DNA of 64,000 nucleotides from Acidobacteriota bacterium (GTDB lineage: Bacteria; Acidobacteriota; UBA6911), in assembly GCA_041501225.1 (NCBI GenBank), contig JBGQNR010000004.1:11466-75465 (forward strand), read 5' to 3'. Below are positions 16,805-27,698 of this stretch, in pieces (positions within the stretch are counted from its first letter, which is position 1; each line of letters begins with the position of its first letter). The notes below the pieces were generated by a model. That model made no database searches, was not told the DNA's origin, and saw only the letters and a list, made by a program, of their open reading frames with translations. Both the position numbers and the translations under genes were made by a program.

Positions 16805-17620
16805 TCATGCCTCTTGGGTGCAGGAGGATGCTGCGCGCAAAACCGCCATCATCTGTTCGTGGATGCACCCATTGGTCGCCAGACATTCCCGATCATAGAT
16901 CGAGCCGAACTTCCCATGGTGATCGGTCACCTTGCCGCCCGCTTCGCGCACCATCAGGTACCCGGGTGCACAGTCCCACGGGTTGAGCTTGAATTCCCAG
17001 AAGCCATCGAAGCGGCCTGCCGCTACATAACACAGATCCAGGGCGGCTGAGCCCGCGCGCCGGATTCCCTGGGCGCGCAGCGCGAACGCGCGGAAATAGT
17101 CGAGGTTGTTCTGGGGGCTGGTTCGAATATCGTAGGGAAATCCGGTTGCCAGGAGGCTCGCACCCAGCGACTCTGTTTCCGAAACCTTGATGGGCACTCC
17201 GTTCAAGAAAGCGCCGCCGCCGTGGCGCGCGACGAAAACCTCCTCGAGATTAGGATTGTAGACAATTCCCCATTCGACGGCACCTGCGATTTCCAGGCCG
17301 ATCGACACGGAAAAAACCGGAAAGCCATGCGCATAATTGGTGGTGCCGTCGAGCGGATCGATAATCCAGGTGCATCCGCCGGGTTTCGTTTCGGAGTGCA
17401 TTTCTTCGGCAAGCACAGCATGGTCGGGGAAAGCATCCCTGATCCGGGAGACAATCAGCTTCTCGGCCGCGACATCGATGTCGGTCACCAGGTCGATCTC
17501 TCCCTTGCGCGCGATCGAGAAACCGCCGTGCAAATTTTCCATGAGAAACCGGCCTGCTGCGCGTGCCGTTTCCTCGCCCACCCGTGCGAACTCTGCTATC
17601 TCCATGTCATCCCGCATCAT
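16805..17620 (-). CDS. Inositol monophosphatase family protein (SuhB-like)
   Basis: WIIDPLDGTTNYAHG and SAALDLCYVAAGRFDGFWE. Confidence 0.9.
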   Translation of the reverse strand: MMRDDMEIAEFARVGEETARAAGRFLMENLHGGFSIARKGEIDLVTDIDVAAEKLIVSRIRDAFPDHAVLAEEMHSETKPGGCTWIIDPLDGTTNYAHGFPVFSVSIGLEIAGAVEWGIVYNPNLEEVFVARHGGGAFLNGVPIKVSETESLGASLLATGFPYDIRTSPQNNLDYFRAFALRAQGIRRAGSAALDLCYVAAGRFDGFWEFKLNPWDCAPGYLMVREAGGKVTDHHGKFGSIYDRECLATNGCIHEQMMAVLRAASSCTQEA

Positions 17621-17645
17621 TCTCTAATCCACAAAATCACCGCCC

Positions 17646-18326
17646 CTACTTCTCATCGAGGTGCACAACTTCGACGCCCTTCGGTATCTTGAACTGGAAT
17701 TGCTGAGGTTCGACTTTTACGTTGGTCTTCAAATTGGCAAATAAGAACTCGGATGTATTCCCCGCGCGTTCCCGGATTATAATGCGGCGCAGATCGTAGC
17801 TGCCTGCTTCGCACTCGAGAATTACGTGCGCGTATTCTGCGCTGCCGGCGCGGGGCGTGAGACGAAGCAGGATGACTCCGCCTGCCTCGGCCCCGGCACC
17901 CGGCTCCCATGACACATCATAATTCCGGCGAATGTCCCCCTGGCCCAGCACCAGTTGGATCGGAGTGGATCGCAGGTCGTCCAGGGTGAAGCGCCGCACG
18001 AGAACTTGCCGGTCCTCTGGTGTGTAAAGATAGGTATGGTGGCCATCGGCGACAAACAACTTCACTTCGGGAGTCTTATACTCCCAGCGCATCAGGCCGG
18101 GCTTTTTCATGGTCACGATGCCCGACTCCGTTTGGTCCATCCCCGGCGCGTGATAGTTCTGAGTAAAATCGGCGCGTATGGAGTCGACCGCCGCGTATCT
18201 GCGCTGGATCGCCGCGATCGTCGCCGTCAGGTCACCCTGGGCTTGCAGGCATGGCACCGTAACCAACAGTGCTGCTCCTGCGGCAAAACAATCCGGGATG
18301 ATGCGCAAGCGTCGCAGAAACCTCAA
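17646..18326 (-). CDS. lolA: Outer-membrane lipoprotein carrier protein LolA-like
   Basis: Signal peptide, then ADFTQ...SGIVTMKKPGLMRWEYKTPEVKLFVADGHHTYLYTPEDRQV. Confidence 0.8.
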   Translation of the reverse strand: MRFLRRLRIIPDCFAAGAALLVTVPCLQAQGDLTATIAAIQRRYAAVDSIRADFTQNYHAPGMDQTESGIVTMKKPGLMRWEYKTPEVKLFVADGHHTYLYTPEDRQVLVRRFTLDDLRSTPIQLVLGQGDIRRNYDVSWEPGAGAEAGGVILLRLTPRAGSAEYAHVILECEAGSYDLRRIIIRERAGNTSEFLFANLKTNVKVEPQQFQFKIPKGVEVVHLDEK

Positions 18327-18460
18327 TTTGAATTCCGTCCGTTCAGGCTCCCAACTCTTTGAGCCGGATTGGTTCCGAAGACGTTTAGGCGTGCGCAGAC
18401 ACGTCGTCGCGTTTGTATTTCCTCATGCCCAATGCAGCGCAATATCGCTGCACTCCCAAT

Positions 18461-18979
18461 TCACTGCTGCACTGAATCAGCCTCCTCCGGGCTGACGTCA
18501 TGATCCGAATGTTGCAAGGCATCGATCAGCAGCATGGCAATGCCGATCGTGATCGCGCTGTCAGCGACGTTGAAGGTCGGCCAATGGAAGGAATCGCGGA
18601 TGTGGAACTCGATAAAGTCAACCACGGAGCCGTGCATGATCCGATCGATAAAATTGCCGAGGATGCCTCCCGCCGTCGCGGCAAGAGCAGATTGCAGCAG
18701 CACCCGCGCTGACGGTATGTGCCAGCTGTAAACTACAATCACCACGACGGCAACCACCGCCATAGCTGCCAGAAGATAGGGCTTCCAGGGCGACGGATGG
18801 CCGTCAAACAAGCCGAAAGCCACGCCGGAATTGCGCACATAGGAAATGCGGAGGTACCCTGGGATGATCTCGATCGCGTCGAACAGGCTCATGCTCGTGC
18901 TGATGCGGACCTTGGTCAGGTAATCAAGAATCAGCACCCCCAACGTGATCAGAAAAAATTTTCCTTTCATCGCGATCAT
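18461..18979 (-). CDS. lspA: Lipoprotein signal peptidase (signal peptidase II)
   Basis: NSGVAFG and FNVADSAITIG. ATG 18979 (MIAMKGKFF) is preferred, because the ORF-track start 19105 overlaps the ileS 3-prime end. Confidence 0.9.
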   Translation of the reverse strand: MIAMKGKFFLITLGVLILDYLTKVRISTSMSLFDAIEIIPGYLRISYVRNSGVAFGLFDGHPSPWKPYLLAAMAVVAVVVIVVYSWHIPSARVLLQSALAATAGGILGNFIDRIMHGSVVDFIEFHIRDSFHWPTFNVADSAITIGIAMLLIDALQHSDHDVSPEEADSVQQ

Positions 18980-19002
18980 CCCTTGGGAAGGAGCCGGCTC
19001 CT

Positions 19003-21822
19003 TCAGCTGAACATCTCGTGGACGTGCACCAGGCAACGTTCGCAGATTGTGGGAAAGTCGGAACTCGTCCCAACCTCGACGGAATAGTTCCAGCAGCGCT
19101 CGCACTTCTCACCCTGGGCGCGCGCTACTTCGACACGCAACTCACTCCCGCCGTCATCGACGACTTCGGCCTGGGAGACGATGAAAACATAGCGCAGCTC
19201 CTGGGCATGGCGGCGCAGCAAGTCGGCCATATCGACCCCGGCGCGCAGCGTCACCCGTGCCTCGAGCGAGTTCCCGATGGTTCCCGCCTGGCGCACTTCT
19301 TCCAACGCCTTGGAAACCAGCTGCCTCACTTCGAGCAGCCGATCCCACTCCGCCAGCAGATCCTCCCGATCGTGCTCGGCGATGTATTCCGGGAAGAGCA
19401 ACACGTGGACCGACACGGGCCGGTCCTGCGGATTGCGTCCCTCATACATGGCCTGACAGATTTCTTCCGCGGTAAACGGCAGGATCGGCGCGATCAGCCG
19501 CGTGAAAGCATCGAGCACCTGCCACAGCGCCGTCTGGGCCGAGCGCCTTGAAATCGACCGAGCGGCATGTGTGTACAATCGATCCTTCAGAATATCCAGG
19601 TAAAAGGAGGACAGATCCACCGTGCAGAAATTGTACAAGGCGCTGTAAACCTGGTGGAACTGATAGTCCTCATACCCCTTGCGGCATCTCTTGATCAGCC
19701 TGGCGGTCCGCGCCAAAATCCAGCGGTCGATCTCCAGCATTTGATCGTAAGGCACTCCGTCGCGCGCCGGATCAAAGCGGCTGCGTTCAGGATCCTGCTG
19801 GTTGCTCAGGTTCCCCAGCATGTAGCGGGCCGTGTTGCGGATCTTGCGATAAGCCTCCTTGATCCTCTCAAACAGTTCGTTGAAGATTCGCAAATCTTCC
19901 ACGTGATTCACCGAACTTACCATCAAACGCGTCACCTCGGCGCCCTGCTCCTTGACCAGGTCGTTAGGATCAATCCCGATCCCCTTGGACTTGGACATGG
20001 CACGCCCCTGTTCGTCGAGCGTCCACCCGTGCGTGATCGAGGCCCGGTACGGTGAGGCGCCATGCAACGCCACTCCGACCAGCAGCGAACTCTGGAACCA
20101 GCCACGATACTGGTCGCCCCCCTCGATGTAGAGGTCCGATGGCCAGGGCAGATCCTTCCTGTGCCCCAGCGTCGCCAAATGGCTGCTGCCCGAATCGAAC
20201 CAGACATCCAGGATGTTCGACTCCTTGCGGAAGTCCCGCCCGCCGCACTTCCGGCAGGCCGTGCCCTCCGGCAATAACTGGGCGGCCTCGCGGGCGTACC
20301 ATGCGTCGGCACCTTCCTGATCGAAAATCGAGGCGACGTGATCGATGATCCGCTTCTCCAGCAGAATCTCGCCGCAGCTTGCGCAATAGAAAGCGACGAT
20401 CGGCACACCCCAGTCGCGTTGGCGCGAGATGCACCAATCCGGACGATCCTTCACCATGTTGCGGATGCGCTCTTCTCCCCAGGCCGGAATCCAGCGGACG
20501 GTCTTGATCGCCTCCAGAACCCGTGCGCGGAACCCATTGTGGTCGAGGGCAATGAACCACTGGGGCGTGGCGCGAAACAGCACCGGATTGTGGCAGCGCC
20601 AGCAATGCGGGTAGGTGTGGCCGAAGGGCTCGGAATGAAGCAATAGGCCCAGGCTGCGCAGATGCTCGACAATCTTGGGATTGGCCTCGAAGACCGGAAG
20701 CCCGCCGAACTTGTCCATGTCGGCGAAAAAGCGGCCATCATCATCGACCGGGCAGAGGATGTCAAGCCCGTAGGCAACCCCCGTGAGGTAATCCTCGTAA
20801 CCGTGGCCCGGCGCCGTATGCACGCAGCCGGTGCCCGCATCCAGTGTCACATAGCCGGCCAGCACCAACAGGGATTCACGGTCGATGAACGGGTGACGCG
20901 CTTTGAGGCGCTCCAGCATACCCCCGCGGAAACGGGCCACCTCCTGCCAATCCTGCCAGCCGCAGGCGCGCGCAACCGCTTGCAGCAATTCGGTCGCCAC
21001 AATGTAGCCTCGCCCGTGCACGCGCACCGCAGAATACTCGTAGTCCGGATGCACCGCGATCGCCAGGTTGGCCGGAAGCGTCCAAGGCGTGGTCGTCCAG
21101 ATCACGATGGCCCAACCGTCACCCGCAAGAGCCGGATCGATCTTCGACAGATCCGATACCATCGGAAAAGCCACATAGATCGAGGGGCTGGTGTCATCCT
21201 CGTACTCCACCTCAGCCTCTGCCAGCGCAGTTTTGCAGCTCATGCACCAATGCACGGGCTTTAGGCCTTTGTAGACCATTCCCTTTTCGACAAACTCGCC
21301 GAAGGCGCGCGCGATATCGGCTTCATACGAATGACTCATGGTCAAGTAGGGCTTCGCCCACTCGCCGAACACCTCGAGGCGTTTGAAGCCGTTGCGCTGG
21401 ACTTCAATGTACTTCTCCGCATATTTGCGGCACTCTTTGCGCACCGCGACCTTGCTCATGGAGGCCTTCTTCGGCCCCAGATTCTGATCCACCTTGATTT
21501 CAATCGGGAGCCCATGGCAATCCCAGCCCGGCAGATATGGAGCGTCAAAACCCATCATGGTACGCGACTTGACGATGATGTCCTTGAGGATCTTGTTGAT
21601 CGCCGTTCCCATGTGAATCGCCCCATTCGCATAAGGCGGCCCGTCGTGGAGCACATAGGAGGGATATCCCGCGCGGGCAGCGCGGATCTTCCCGTAGACA
21701 TCGATCTCTTCCCAGTGTTTCAGCATCGACGGTTCCCGCTGAGGCAGGTTCGCCTTCATGCTGAAGGAGGTTTTTGGCAGATTGAGCGTGCTCTTGATTT
21801 CTGGTTTCGGTCGCAAATCCAT
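19003..21822 (-). CDS. ileS: Isoleucine--tRNA ligase
   Basis: [11 protein letters not shown] (HIGH region), AMSKSKG (KMSKS), C-terminal zinc cluster CERCWNY...CERC. ATG 21822 ([18 protein letters not shown]) is preferred. Confidence 0.97.
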   Translation of the reverse strand: MDLRPKPEIKSTLNLPKTSFSMKANLPQREPSMLKHWEEIDVYGKIRAARAGYPSYVLHDGPPYANGAIHMGTAINKILKDIIVKSRTMMGFDAPYLPGWDCHGLPIEIKVDQNLGPKKASMSKVAVRKECRKYAEKYIEVQRNGFKRLEVFGEWAKPYLTMSHSYEADIARAFGEFVEKGMVYKGLKPVHWCMSCKTALAEAEVEYEDDTSPSIYVAFPMVSDLSKIDPALAGDGWAIVIWTTTPWTLPANLAIAVHPDYEYSAVRVHGRGYIVATELLQAVARACGWQDWQEVARFRGGMLERLKARHPFIDRESLLVLAGYVTLDAGTGCVHTAPGHGYEDYLTGVAYGLDILCPVDDDGRFFADMDKFGGLPVFEANPKIVEHLRSLGLLLHSEPFGHTYPHCWRCHNPVLFRATPQWFIALDHNGFRARVLEAIKTVRWIPAWGEERIRNMVKDRPDWCISRQRDWGVPIVAFYCASCGEILLEKRIIDHVASIFDQEGADAWYAREAAQLLPEGTACRKCGGRDFRKESNILDVWFDSGSSHLATLGHRKDLPWPSDLYIEGGDQYRGWFQSSLLVGVALHGASPYRASITHGWTLDEQGRAMSKSKGIGIDPNDLVKEQGAEVTRLMVSSVNHVEDLRIFNELFERIKEAYRKIRNTARYMLGNLSNQQDPERSRFDPARDGVPYDQMLEIDRWILARTARLIKRCRKGYEDYQFHQVYSALYNFCTVDLSSFYLDILKDRLYTHAARSISRRSAQTALWQVLDAFTRLIAPILPFTAEEICQAMYEGRNPQDRPVSVHVLLFPEYIAEHDREDLLAEWDRLLEVRQLVSKALEEVRQAGTIGNSLEARVTLRAGVDMADLLRRHAQELRYVFIVSQAEVVDDGGSELRVEVARAQGEKCERCWNYSVEVGTSSDFPTICERCLVHVHEMFS

Positions 21823-22060
21823 GGTCTCCAAAAGTGTAATCTTACATGATACCAAAAGAGTCAAAAATCCAGGCCGGGAATTCCACACCAGCTGCTAAAA
21901 CGCGTGCTGGAGGCGCGCAAGAGAGCGGCCCCAGGCAATCGAAGCGTTGCCTGGGGCGGATGCCCATGTGATCGAGAGCCCTGAGGGGACGAAAGAGAGA
22001 GTCTATCCCAAACGCCATTCTGGGCTGCCACCAGTCCCCCCAGATACCTCATTTTAATAT

Positions 22061-22089
22061 TTGACAATATCGTGCTCAGATTTTATTAC
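22061..22089 (+). promoter_or_regulatory. Promoter candidate of first hsp20 gene
   Basis: TTGACA 22061-22066, 17-nt spacer, TATTAC 22084-22089. It shares TTGACAATA-N8-AGATTTTAT with the second hsp20 promoter. Confidence 0.55.
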
Positions 22090-22139
22090 ATGGTTGTAGT
22101 CAAAAAATGGAAGTCAACAAGAGTAAGCAGGAGGTAACA

Positions 22140-22604
22140 ATGGTGATTAGAATTACAGGATCCAGTCACAGGCCCGAGGCTCAACCGGATGGGAATCCAT
22201 TGCCTTCGCCCTTTCGCATGTTCGAGAATTTTTTCAATAACTGGGCTCTGCAGACGGTCCTAGCCAGAAGGAGTGAGTCCTTCAGACCGGCGATCGATAT
22301 TCTGGAAAAAGACAATAAGATATTTATACACTGTGAGTTACCTGGTGTCAACGAACAGGGTTTGGACCTGAAGCTGGATGGCCGAACCCTGACGATCAAA
22401 GGGAAAAGGAAGCAGGAACCTGAGGGCACCGGCTGCGTTTATCACCAGATTGAGTCCTCGTATGGGGCTTTCAGCCGTTCCTTTGACCTGCCGAACTCAG
22501 TGGATACCGAGAAGATCTCTGCTGCCTCTAAAGACGGCGTCCTGACGATCACCATTCCGCAAAAGCTCGAGGTTCAACCTCGAACGATCCAGGTCAACGC
22601 TTAA
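22140..22604 (+). CDS. Hsp20/alpha-crystallin family small heat-shock protein
   Basis: PAIDILEKDNKIFIHCELPGV...LTIKGKRK...SFDLPNSVD...GVLTITIPQ. ATG 22140 is preceded by AGGAGG. Confidence 0.92.
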   Translation: MVIRITGSSHRPEAQPDGNPLPSPFRMFENFFNNWALQTVLARRSESFRPAIDILEKDNKIFIHCELPGVNEQGLDLKLDGRTLTIKGKRKQEPEGTGCVYHQIESSYGAFSRSFDLPNSVDTEKISAASKDGVLTITIPQKLEVQPRTIQVNA

Positions 22605-22613
22605 GGCTGGAAT

Positions 22614-22642
22614 TTGACAATAACACACTAAGATTTTATACG
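22614..22642 (+). promoter_or_regulatory. Promoter candidate of second hsp20 gene
   Basis: TTGACA 22614-22619, 17-nt spacer, TATACG 22637-22642. It has the same TTGACAATA-N8-AGATTTTAT layout as 22061-22089. Confidence 0.55.
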
Positions 22643-22699
22643 TAACACTTCCGGGAGGGAAACTCGGAGAAACGCGATAGGAAAAAGGAGGTACATACC

Positions 22700-23158
22700 A
22701 TGAGATTGATACCGTACATTCGGAGAAGCGAAACTCCGGCAAGGATTTGGCCCGAAACTTCCTCTCTTTTTGAGGAGTTTGCCAACGACCCGTTCTTTTC
22801 GACCGTAGCGAGGACCAGCGACCGGTGGTTGCCGGCCGTGGATATTCTCGAAAAGGAGGGGAACCTGATTCTGCGCGCCGAGGTTCCAGGCGTCAGCGAG
22901 AAGGACATCGATCTTAAGCTCGAAGGCAGCATTCTGACCCTCAAAGGCGAAAAGAAACTCGAGCACGAAGAAGAGCGCAACAACTACCACTACCACCGCA
23001 TGGAAAACTTCTATGGATCCTTCACACGCTCCTTCACTCTCCCCGACAGCGTGGATCGGGACCACATCAAAGCGGATTATAAGAATGGCATTCTGACCGT
23101 CACCATTCCGCAAAAACCCGAAGTGCGTCCGCGGGAAATCCCCGTCAGCACGAAGTGA
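22700..23158 (+). CDS. Hsp20/alpha-crystallin family small heat-shock protein
   Basis: PAVDILEKEGNLILRAEVPGV...LTLKGEKK...SFTLPDSVD...GILTVTIPQ. AAGGAGG lies upstream of ATG 22700. Confidence 0.93.
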   Translation: MRLIPYIRRSETPARIWPETSSLFEEFANDPFFSTVARTSDRWLPAVDILEKEGNLILRAEVPGVSEKDIDLKLEGSILTLKGEKKLEHEEERNNYHYHRMENFYGSFTRSFTLPDSVDRDHIKADYKNGILTVTIPQKPEVRPREIPVSTK

Positions 23159-23160
23159 TA

Positions 23161-23226
23161 AGTGCTGAGTACTGAGGACTGAGTTGGAGTATCCTGTCCA
23201 TATCTCAGCACTCAGTACTCAGTACT
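23161..23226. repeat. GCTGAGTACTGAG-type inverted repeat between hsp20 and clpB
   Basis: AGTGCTGAGTACTGAGGACTGAG (23161-23183) versus CTCAGCACTCAGTACTCAGTACT (23204-23226). There are 3 mismatches in 23 and a 20-nt loop. A partial copy, GCTGAGGACTGAG, lies near 59590. Confidence 0.8.
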
Positions 23227-23253
23227 AAATTCCCGTGGTCGATAGAGATAAAT

Positions 23254-25842
23254 ATGATTCGCTTCGACAACTTAACCATTAAAGGGCAGGAGGCGTTGCA
23301 GGAGACCCGGAAACTGGTGGAGTCTCTGCAGCATGCTCAGTTGGAGCCGGAGCATCTTCTTGATGTCCTGATCCAGCAAGAGGATGGTATTGTCTCGCCC
23401 CTGCTGCGCAAGCTGGGGGTGGCCCCGGAAGGCCTGCGGGAGGAGCTCCAGAAGCATCTTTCCACACTCCCCAAGGTTTCGGGTGGCCAGGTCGCCTTGT
23501 CCCCGCGGCTTGACGCCGTGTTTCGCCATGCACAGGCGGAAGCGGATCAGTTCAAAGATGAGTACGTCTCCACCGAGCACCTGCTTCTCGGACTGGCTGC
23601 GGACGACGGATTTGCCGGCCGCATGCTGCGCGGCAAGGGGGTAAGCCGTGCGGAGATCCTGAAGGTGCTGGTATCGATCCGTGGCAGCCAGCGCGTAACC
23701 GACCAGAATGCGGAAGATCGCTATCAGGCTCTCAAGCGCTATGCGCGTGATCTGACCGATCTGGCCCGGCGCGGCAAGCTCGATCCGGTCATTGGCCGGG
23801 ACGACGAGATCCGCCGCGTTATGCAGGTCTTGTCCCGACGCACCAAGAACAATCCTGTCCTGATTGGAGAACCGGGCGTCGGCAAGACGGCCATCGTCGA
23901 AGGTCTCGCCCAGCGCATCGTAGCCGGCGACGTCCCCGAAACCCTCAAGAAGAAGCAGATGGTGGCTCTGGATCTCGGCGCCATGCTGGCAGGGGCCAAA
24001 TATCGCGGTGAATTCGAAGATCGTCTCAAGGCGGTGCTGCGCGAGATCGAGGAATCGGCAGGGTCCATCATCCTGTTCATCGATGAGCTGCACACCCTGG
24101 TAGGAGCGGGAGCTGCGGAGGGAGCGATGGACGCTTCCAACATGCTCAAACCGGCGCTGGCCCGGGGAGAACTCCGCTGCATCGGCGCCACCACCTTGAA
24201 TGAGTATAAAAAGCATATCGAGAAGGATGCGGCGCTCGAGCGGCGTTTCCAGCCGATCTATGTGGGCCAGCCGTCCGTCGAAGATACCATCGCAATCCTG
24301 CGCGGCCTCAAGGAAAAATATGAGATCCACCATGGGGTACGCATCACCGATTCCGCGCTCGTAGCCGCAGCCACTCTGTCGCATCGCTACATCGCGGACC
24401 GGTTCCTCCCCGACAAGGCGGTCGATCTCGTCGATGAGGCAGCCTCGCGTTTGCGGATCGAGATCGACAGCATGCCGGTGGAAATCGACGAGGTGGAGCG
24501 GCGCATTACGCAGCTGGAAATCGAACGGCAGGCACTCTCCAAAGAAAAGGACAAGGCGTCGAAGGAGCGGCTCCACAACCTCAATGCCGAGCTGACCGGG
24601 CTGCGCGAACGAAGCGCGCAAATGAAGCTGCACTGGCAGCAGGAGCGCGAGGTCATCGGGGCGATTCGATCCCTGAAGGAGCGTATCGAGCAGGCAAAGG
24701 CGGACGGGCAGAAGGCGGAGCGGATGGGCGATCTCGGCAAAGCCGCCGAGCTGCGTTACGGGACCTTGGTTCAATTGGAAAAGGAACTCACAGAACAAAA
24801 CGCGCGACTGGCCAAACTGCAAACCAGTCAGAAGTTTTTGAAAGAGGAAGTCGACGAAGAGGACATCGCTGATGTGGTGGCCAAGTGGACCGGCATACCG
24901 GTGAGCAAAATGCTCGAAGGAGAGCTCCATAAGCTGGTCATCATGGAGGATCGCCTGCGCACTCGCGTGCTTGGGCAGGACGAGGCGCTGGCGGCGGTCG
25001 CAAATTCCATCCGCCGTGCGCGCGCCGGCCTCCAGGATTCCAAGAGGCCGATGGGCTCTTTCATTTTCCTCGGCCCCACCGGCGTCGGCAAAACCGAACT
25101 GGCACGCGCGCTGGCTGAGTTTTTGTTCGATGACGAGCGCTCCATGGTCCGCATCGACATGTCCGAATACATGGAGAAGCATTCGGTGGCCCGCCTCATT
25201 GGAGCGCCGCCGGGCTACGTCGGCTACGAAGAAGGCGGGTACCTGACCGAGGCTATTCGGCGCCGTCCTTATGCGGTCATTCTGTTCGATGAGATCGAGA
25301 AGGCACATCCGGATGTCTTCAACATCCTGTTGCAGATCCTCGACGATGGACGCCTCACCGATGGCAAAGGAAGGACCGTCGATTTCCGGAACACGGTCAT
25401 CATCATGACCTCGAACATCGGGAGTCAATCGATCAGCGAGGCGCCAGAGGATTTTGAATCCATGCGGCCTCGGGTCATGGAAAGCCTCAGGCGCACCTTC
25501 CGCCCCGAATTCCTGAACCGCATTGATGACATAATCTTCTTCGGCAGATTAACGCCGGATTTGATCGAGGGCATCGTCCATCTCCAAATCGCCGCCCTCG
25601 GAAACATACTTGCACAGAGGGATCTAAAGCTGGCAATGAGTCCAGCCGTCATCCAAACGCTCGCGCGGGAGGGATACGATCCGGTCTACGGGGCAAGACC
25701 ACTCAAGCGTTTGATCCAAAAGAAAATACAGGACCGGATAGCCCTGATGCTGCTAAAAGGAGAAATCAGGCCCGGCGAAACCGTCGCAGTCGGCCTTGAC
25801 GAAAAATCAGGGGAGTTCACCTTCAAGCAGCAACCAGAGTGA
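23254..25842 (+). CDS. clpB: ATP-dependent chaperone ClpB
   Basis: Two AAA modules with Walker A GEPGVGKT and GPTGVGKT, a long middle coiled coil, and a Clp N-domain. Confidence 0.98.
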   Translation: MIRFDNLTIKGQEALQETRKLVESLQHAQLEPEHLLDVLIQQEDGIVSPLLRKLGVAPEGLREELQKHLSTLPKVSGGQVALSPRLDAVFRHAQAEADQFKDEYVSTEHLLLGLAADDGFAGRMLRGKGVSRAEILKVLVSIRGSQRVTDQNAEDRYQALKRYARDLTDLARRGKLDPVIGRDDEIRRVMQVLSRRTKNNPVLIGEPGVGKTAIVEGLAQRIVAGDVPETLKKKQMVALDLGAMLAGAKYRGEFEDRLKAVLREIEESAGSIILFIDELHTLVGAGAAEGAMDASNMLKPALARGELRCIGATTLNEYKKHIEKDAALERRFQPIYVGQPSVEDTIAILRGLKEKYEIHHGVRITDSALVAAATLSHRYIADRFLPDKAVDLVDEAASRLRIEIDSMPVEIDEVERRITQLEIERQALSKEKDKASKERLHNLNAELTGLRERSAQMKLHWQQEREVIGAIRSLKERIEQAKADGQKAERMGDLGKAAELRYGTLVQLEKELTEQNARLAKLQTSQKFLKEEVDEEDIADVVAKWTGIPVSKMLEGELHKLVIMEDRLRTRVLGQDEALAAVANSIRRARAGLQDSKRPMGSFIFLGPTGVGKTELARALAEFLFDDERSMVRIDMSEYMEKHSVARLIGAPPGYVGYEEGGYLTEAIRRRPYAVILFDEIEKAHPDVFNILLQILDDGRLTDGKGRTVDFRNTVIIMTSNIGSQSISEAPEDFESMRPRVMESLRRTFRPEFLNRIDDIIFFGRLTPDLIEGIVHLQIAALGNILAQRDLKLAMSPAVIQTLAREGYDPVYGARPLKRLIQKKIQDRIALMLLKGEIRPGETVAVGLDEKSGEFTFKQQPE

Positions 25843-25862
25843 TTCGACGCGCATGAATGGCT

Positions 25863-25878
25863 GCGGGCCGAAGCCCGC
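25863..25878 (+). terminator. Weak GC hairpin after clpB
   Basis: GCGGGC-cgaa-GCCCGC, followed by the only partly T-rich ATGCCAGTTTG. Confidence 0.25.
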
Positions 25879-25985
25879 ATGCCAGTTTGCCCCCGGGCGC
25901 GGGCGAAACCCGGAACCAAACGAGCATTTCGAAGCTTGGGGGCGGGTGGCCTGCAAGCCGGCTCTATGTTAGAATTAGAAATGCT

Positions 25986-26834
25986 ATGATGAACAATCTT
26001 AAGACTGTCCTGTTATTGGGTCTCCTGACGGGGATTATCTTGTTTCTCGGTAGTTTGTGGGGCGAGCGCGGTTTGACTATAGCCTTAGTTTTTTCCGTGC
26101 TCATGAACTTCGGCAGCTACTTCTTTTCGGACAAGATCGTTCTGAGCATGTACGGCGCCAAGCCGGTGAATCGCGAGGAAGCGCCGCGCCTCTATTCGAT
26201 TCTGGACTACCTGTGTGCCCGGGGCGGCTTGCCTATGCCCAAGGTCTACATCATTCCGACGGATTCCCCCAACGCGTTCGCTACGGGGCGCAATCCGCAG
26301 CACGCATCCGTTGCGGTCACGCAAGGTACCCTGAGGCTTCTCGACGAAAATGAGTTGCAGGGCGTTTTGGCCCATGAACTCGCGCACGTCAAGAACCGGG
26401 ATATCCTGATCAGCAGCATCGCGGCAACGATTGCGGGCATCATCATGTGGATTTCGAACATGGCCCGATTCGCCATGATCTTCGGCGGCGGATCACGCGA
26501 TCACGAAGAAGGCGGGGGCGGGGCTTTAGGCGGCCTGGGGACCATCATTGTTGCCCCGATCGCCGCCATGTTGATCCAGATGTGGATCTCACGCACGCGC
26601 GAGTACGAAGCCGATCATAGTGGCGCGGAAATGGTTGGCAGCCCTTATGGCCTGGCATCCGCGCTGCGGAAGCTCGAGGACTACTCGAAGCGCATCCCCA
26701 TGGAAGCCTCCCCGAGCACCGCGCACATGTTTATCGTTCATCCGTTCTCGGGCGGCGGATTAATGACTCTTTTCAGTACCCACCCACCGATCCCAAAGCG
26801 CATTGAGCGTCTTATGGGGAGAAGCTGTAATTGA
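25986..26834 (+). CDS. htpX: Zinc metalloprotease HtpX
   Basis: [15 protein letters not shown], four TM segments. ATG 25986 ([14 protein letters not shown]) is preferred over 25857. Confidence 0.93.
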   Translation: MMNNLKTVLLLGLLTGIILFLGSLWGERGLTIALVFSVLMNFGSYFFSDKIVLSMYGAKPVNREEAPRLYSILDYLCARGGLPMPKVYIIPTDSPNAFATGRNPQHASVAVTQGTLRLLDENELQGVLAHELAHVKNRDILISSIAATIAGIIMWISNMARFAMIFGGGSRDHEEGGGGALGGLGTIIVAPIAAMLIQMWISRTREYEADHSGAEMVGSPYGLASALRKLEDYSKRIPMEASPSTAHMFIVHPFSGGGLMTLFSTHPPIPKRIERLMGRSCN

Positions 26835-26926
26835 AGACCGCGCAAACGACCTCGGTGCGCGTTAGCTTGTGACAGGATCGCCTGCCACGCGGCAATCGTG
26901 GCGGGGAATAGCTGGGGGCGTGACTC

Positions 26927-27586
26927 TTGGACAGCAGAAAGATTCCTATTACCACCAATGGTGCATCGCCATCCAAGGCCGGCGCCGCTGACGATGTGGC
27001 GGAGTTTCGCGTCGTCGACAAGCGCCCTTTTGCCGGGATGGATACAGGAGCGTCGGTCGACGAACCCGTGGAGGTGAAGCCTCGCTATCCCACCTACGTG
27101 GAAGAACTGATGGCGAAGGTGGCGGACACCGAGCGGCGTTTCACGGAGAGGGTCAAACAAGTCGACCAGGAGACAGCACGTTCCAAAGCCCGCCTCGATG
27201 CGGATTATGAGCGCAAGCTCGCGCTCGCCCGGCAGAGCATGGTGCTGCCTTTTCTCGATGTGCTCGACAACCTCGAGCGTGCATTGGAGGCGGCGTCGGT
27301 CGGGGGGAGCAAAGAGGACTTGCTCCAGGGCCTGCGGATGACGGCCGACCTCTTCCGCGCGAAGCTGCGAGCGCACGCCATCGAGCCACTCGAGGTGCTG
27401 AACCAGCCCTTCGATCCGAGCTTGAGCCAGGCTGTAGGTGTGATCCCCGTATCCGAGCCAGGCAAAGACGGATTGGTTGTCGACGTGGTTCTACCCGGCT
27501 ATCGCATGGAGAAAAACCTGGTCCGGCCCGCGCAGGTGCGTGTGGCTCAATACCAGCAGGACCCAGGAAAACCCGCACTCCGCTAA
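26927..27586 (+). CDS. grpE: Nucleotide exchange factor GrpE
   Basis: LPFLDVLDNLERAL...FDPSLSQAVG...VLPGYRMEKNLVRPAQVRV. The TTG start at 26927 is uncertain. Confidence 0.88.
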   Translation: MDSRKIPITTNGASPSKAGAADDVAEFRVVDKRPFAGMDTGASVDEPVEVKPRYPTYVEELMAKVADTERRFTERVKQVDQETARSKARLDADYERKLALARQSMVLPFLDVLDNLERALEAASVGGSKEDLLQGLRMTADLFRAKLRAHAIEPLEVLNQPFDPSLSQAVGVIPVSEPGKDGLVVDVVLPGYRMEKNLVRPAQVRVAQYQQDPGKPALR

Positions 27587-27698
27587 CCTGGCAACTACAC
27601 CACAGCTGGAACAGATTTTTTCAACGCAATCTCCCATGCACCGGGAGCGCACCCAGGCGCATGAAAATGTTGTGCACTCATCACGCTTCCCCTGCGTC

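Noticed and set aside
23204-23232. Possible CIRCE (HrcA) operator, because TCAGCACTC resembles TTAGCACTC in the heat-shock cluster.
   Set aside because: The second half-site GAGTGCTAA is absent 9 nt downstream. The sequence is better explained as the right arm of the 23161-23226 inverted repeat family.
23272-25428. Very long ORFs antisense to clear genes. Examples: 718 aa opposite clpB, 579 aa at 35823..37562 opposite gcvPB, 386 aa at 39316..40476 opposite the hybrid kinase, 329 aa at 60085..61074 opposite the E1 gene, 319 aa at 13229..14188, 367 aa at 2302..3405, and 217 aa at 1377..2030.
   Set aside because: This is a typical high-GC artefact. The translations are Arg/Gly/His/Pro-rich with no recognisable motifs. 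The opposite strand carries unmistakable family signatures over its full length.
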